From: the human T2T-CHM13v2.0 reference genome, Homo sapiens
Length of the DNA stretch: 64,000 bases
Assembly: GCF_009914755.1 (NCBI RefSeq)
Contig: NC_060926.1
Direction: 5' to 3' (one strand)
Part shown: one piece after another, positions 63,384-64,000 of the stretch
Layout of the letters: the number at the start of each line of letters is the position of its first letter
How positions within the stretch are numbered: position 1 is the stretch's first letter
Made by a program: the position numbers and the translations under genes
The notes under the pieces: model-generated
What the model was told of the DNA's origin: nothing
Seen by the model: the letters and a program-made list of their open reading frames with translations, nothing else
Databases searched by the model: none

Positions 63384-64000
63384 AGATCTTAAACACACTG
63401 CATTTCAACAGTCTAGAATAGGAGAGCATGTTACAGGGAGAGAAAATGTTTTCAGCAAAGGTACAGAGTAGGGAAATAGAGGATATGTTCAAGGAAGAGG
63501 ACCCCAGAGTCATGGTTTGTTAGGGTTAGAGGAAACACAGTGTTTTGCAATCTCCAGGTTCCATTAGTGCGTTATGAAATCAATATGGTGGTTAGCAACC
63601 TGCATTTTAAAAAATGAAATAAATGGATGAGAAGAGAATAGAAAATATTAGCATGCATTACATTTTGAAAGAGCAAGTATTATTTTCTGCAACTTTTGCT
63701 CCAATTGTAACTGTACTTATATTTTTATGTATGGATGTGAATACCAGATACATATATATTTCTTACTGTAGACTGCAGTCAAAAAATCTTTAAAGCACTG
63801 GCCTGGTCTAACTTCCTTATTTTGCAGAGGAGAAATCCAAGATCTGAGAGGACAAACATTTTGCCTGAGGTTATAGAACCAGCTTATGCCATTGCTAAAA
63901 GTGATTCTTAGTTAAAATTCTTTCCCACTAGTGCCATACTGCACTTCTAGTTCTGTTGGCCTGAAATACAGAATATATTAGTGAAACAGCATACACAAGT

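Overview
Human genomic DNA, recognisable as the ALS2/CDK15 locus (2q33). The minus strand carries the 5' end of ALS2 (alsin): a CpG-island promoter, non-coding exon 1 and coding exons 2-3. The plus strand carries coding exons 1-6 of CDK15 (PFTAIRE-2 kinase), starting about 26 kb away in divergent orientation. I located every internal splice junction by eye and the exon phases join into open frames. Three retrocopies are present: the RPS2 3' end, a Y3 RNA copy and a UBE2V1 copy. There are about 35 Alu elements, L1/L2/MIR fragments, several ERV1/MaLR LTRs and Tigger/mariner MITEs. Most entries in the supplied ORF track are Alu- or GC-derived noise. I found no convincing new multi-gene system. 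The best second-look items are three uORFs in the spliced ALS2 leader, a UBE2V1 retrocopy of an exon-skipped mRNA, a nested Alu/L1/AluYa5 stack beside ALS2 exon 3, a putative lipidation motif unique to the long CDK15 N-terminus, a frameshifting decoy acceptor at CDK15 exon 3, and a motif-rich divergent promoter. Gene and repeat names come from my recall of the sequences, not from database searches; repeat boundaries are approximate.
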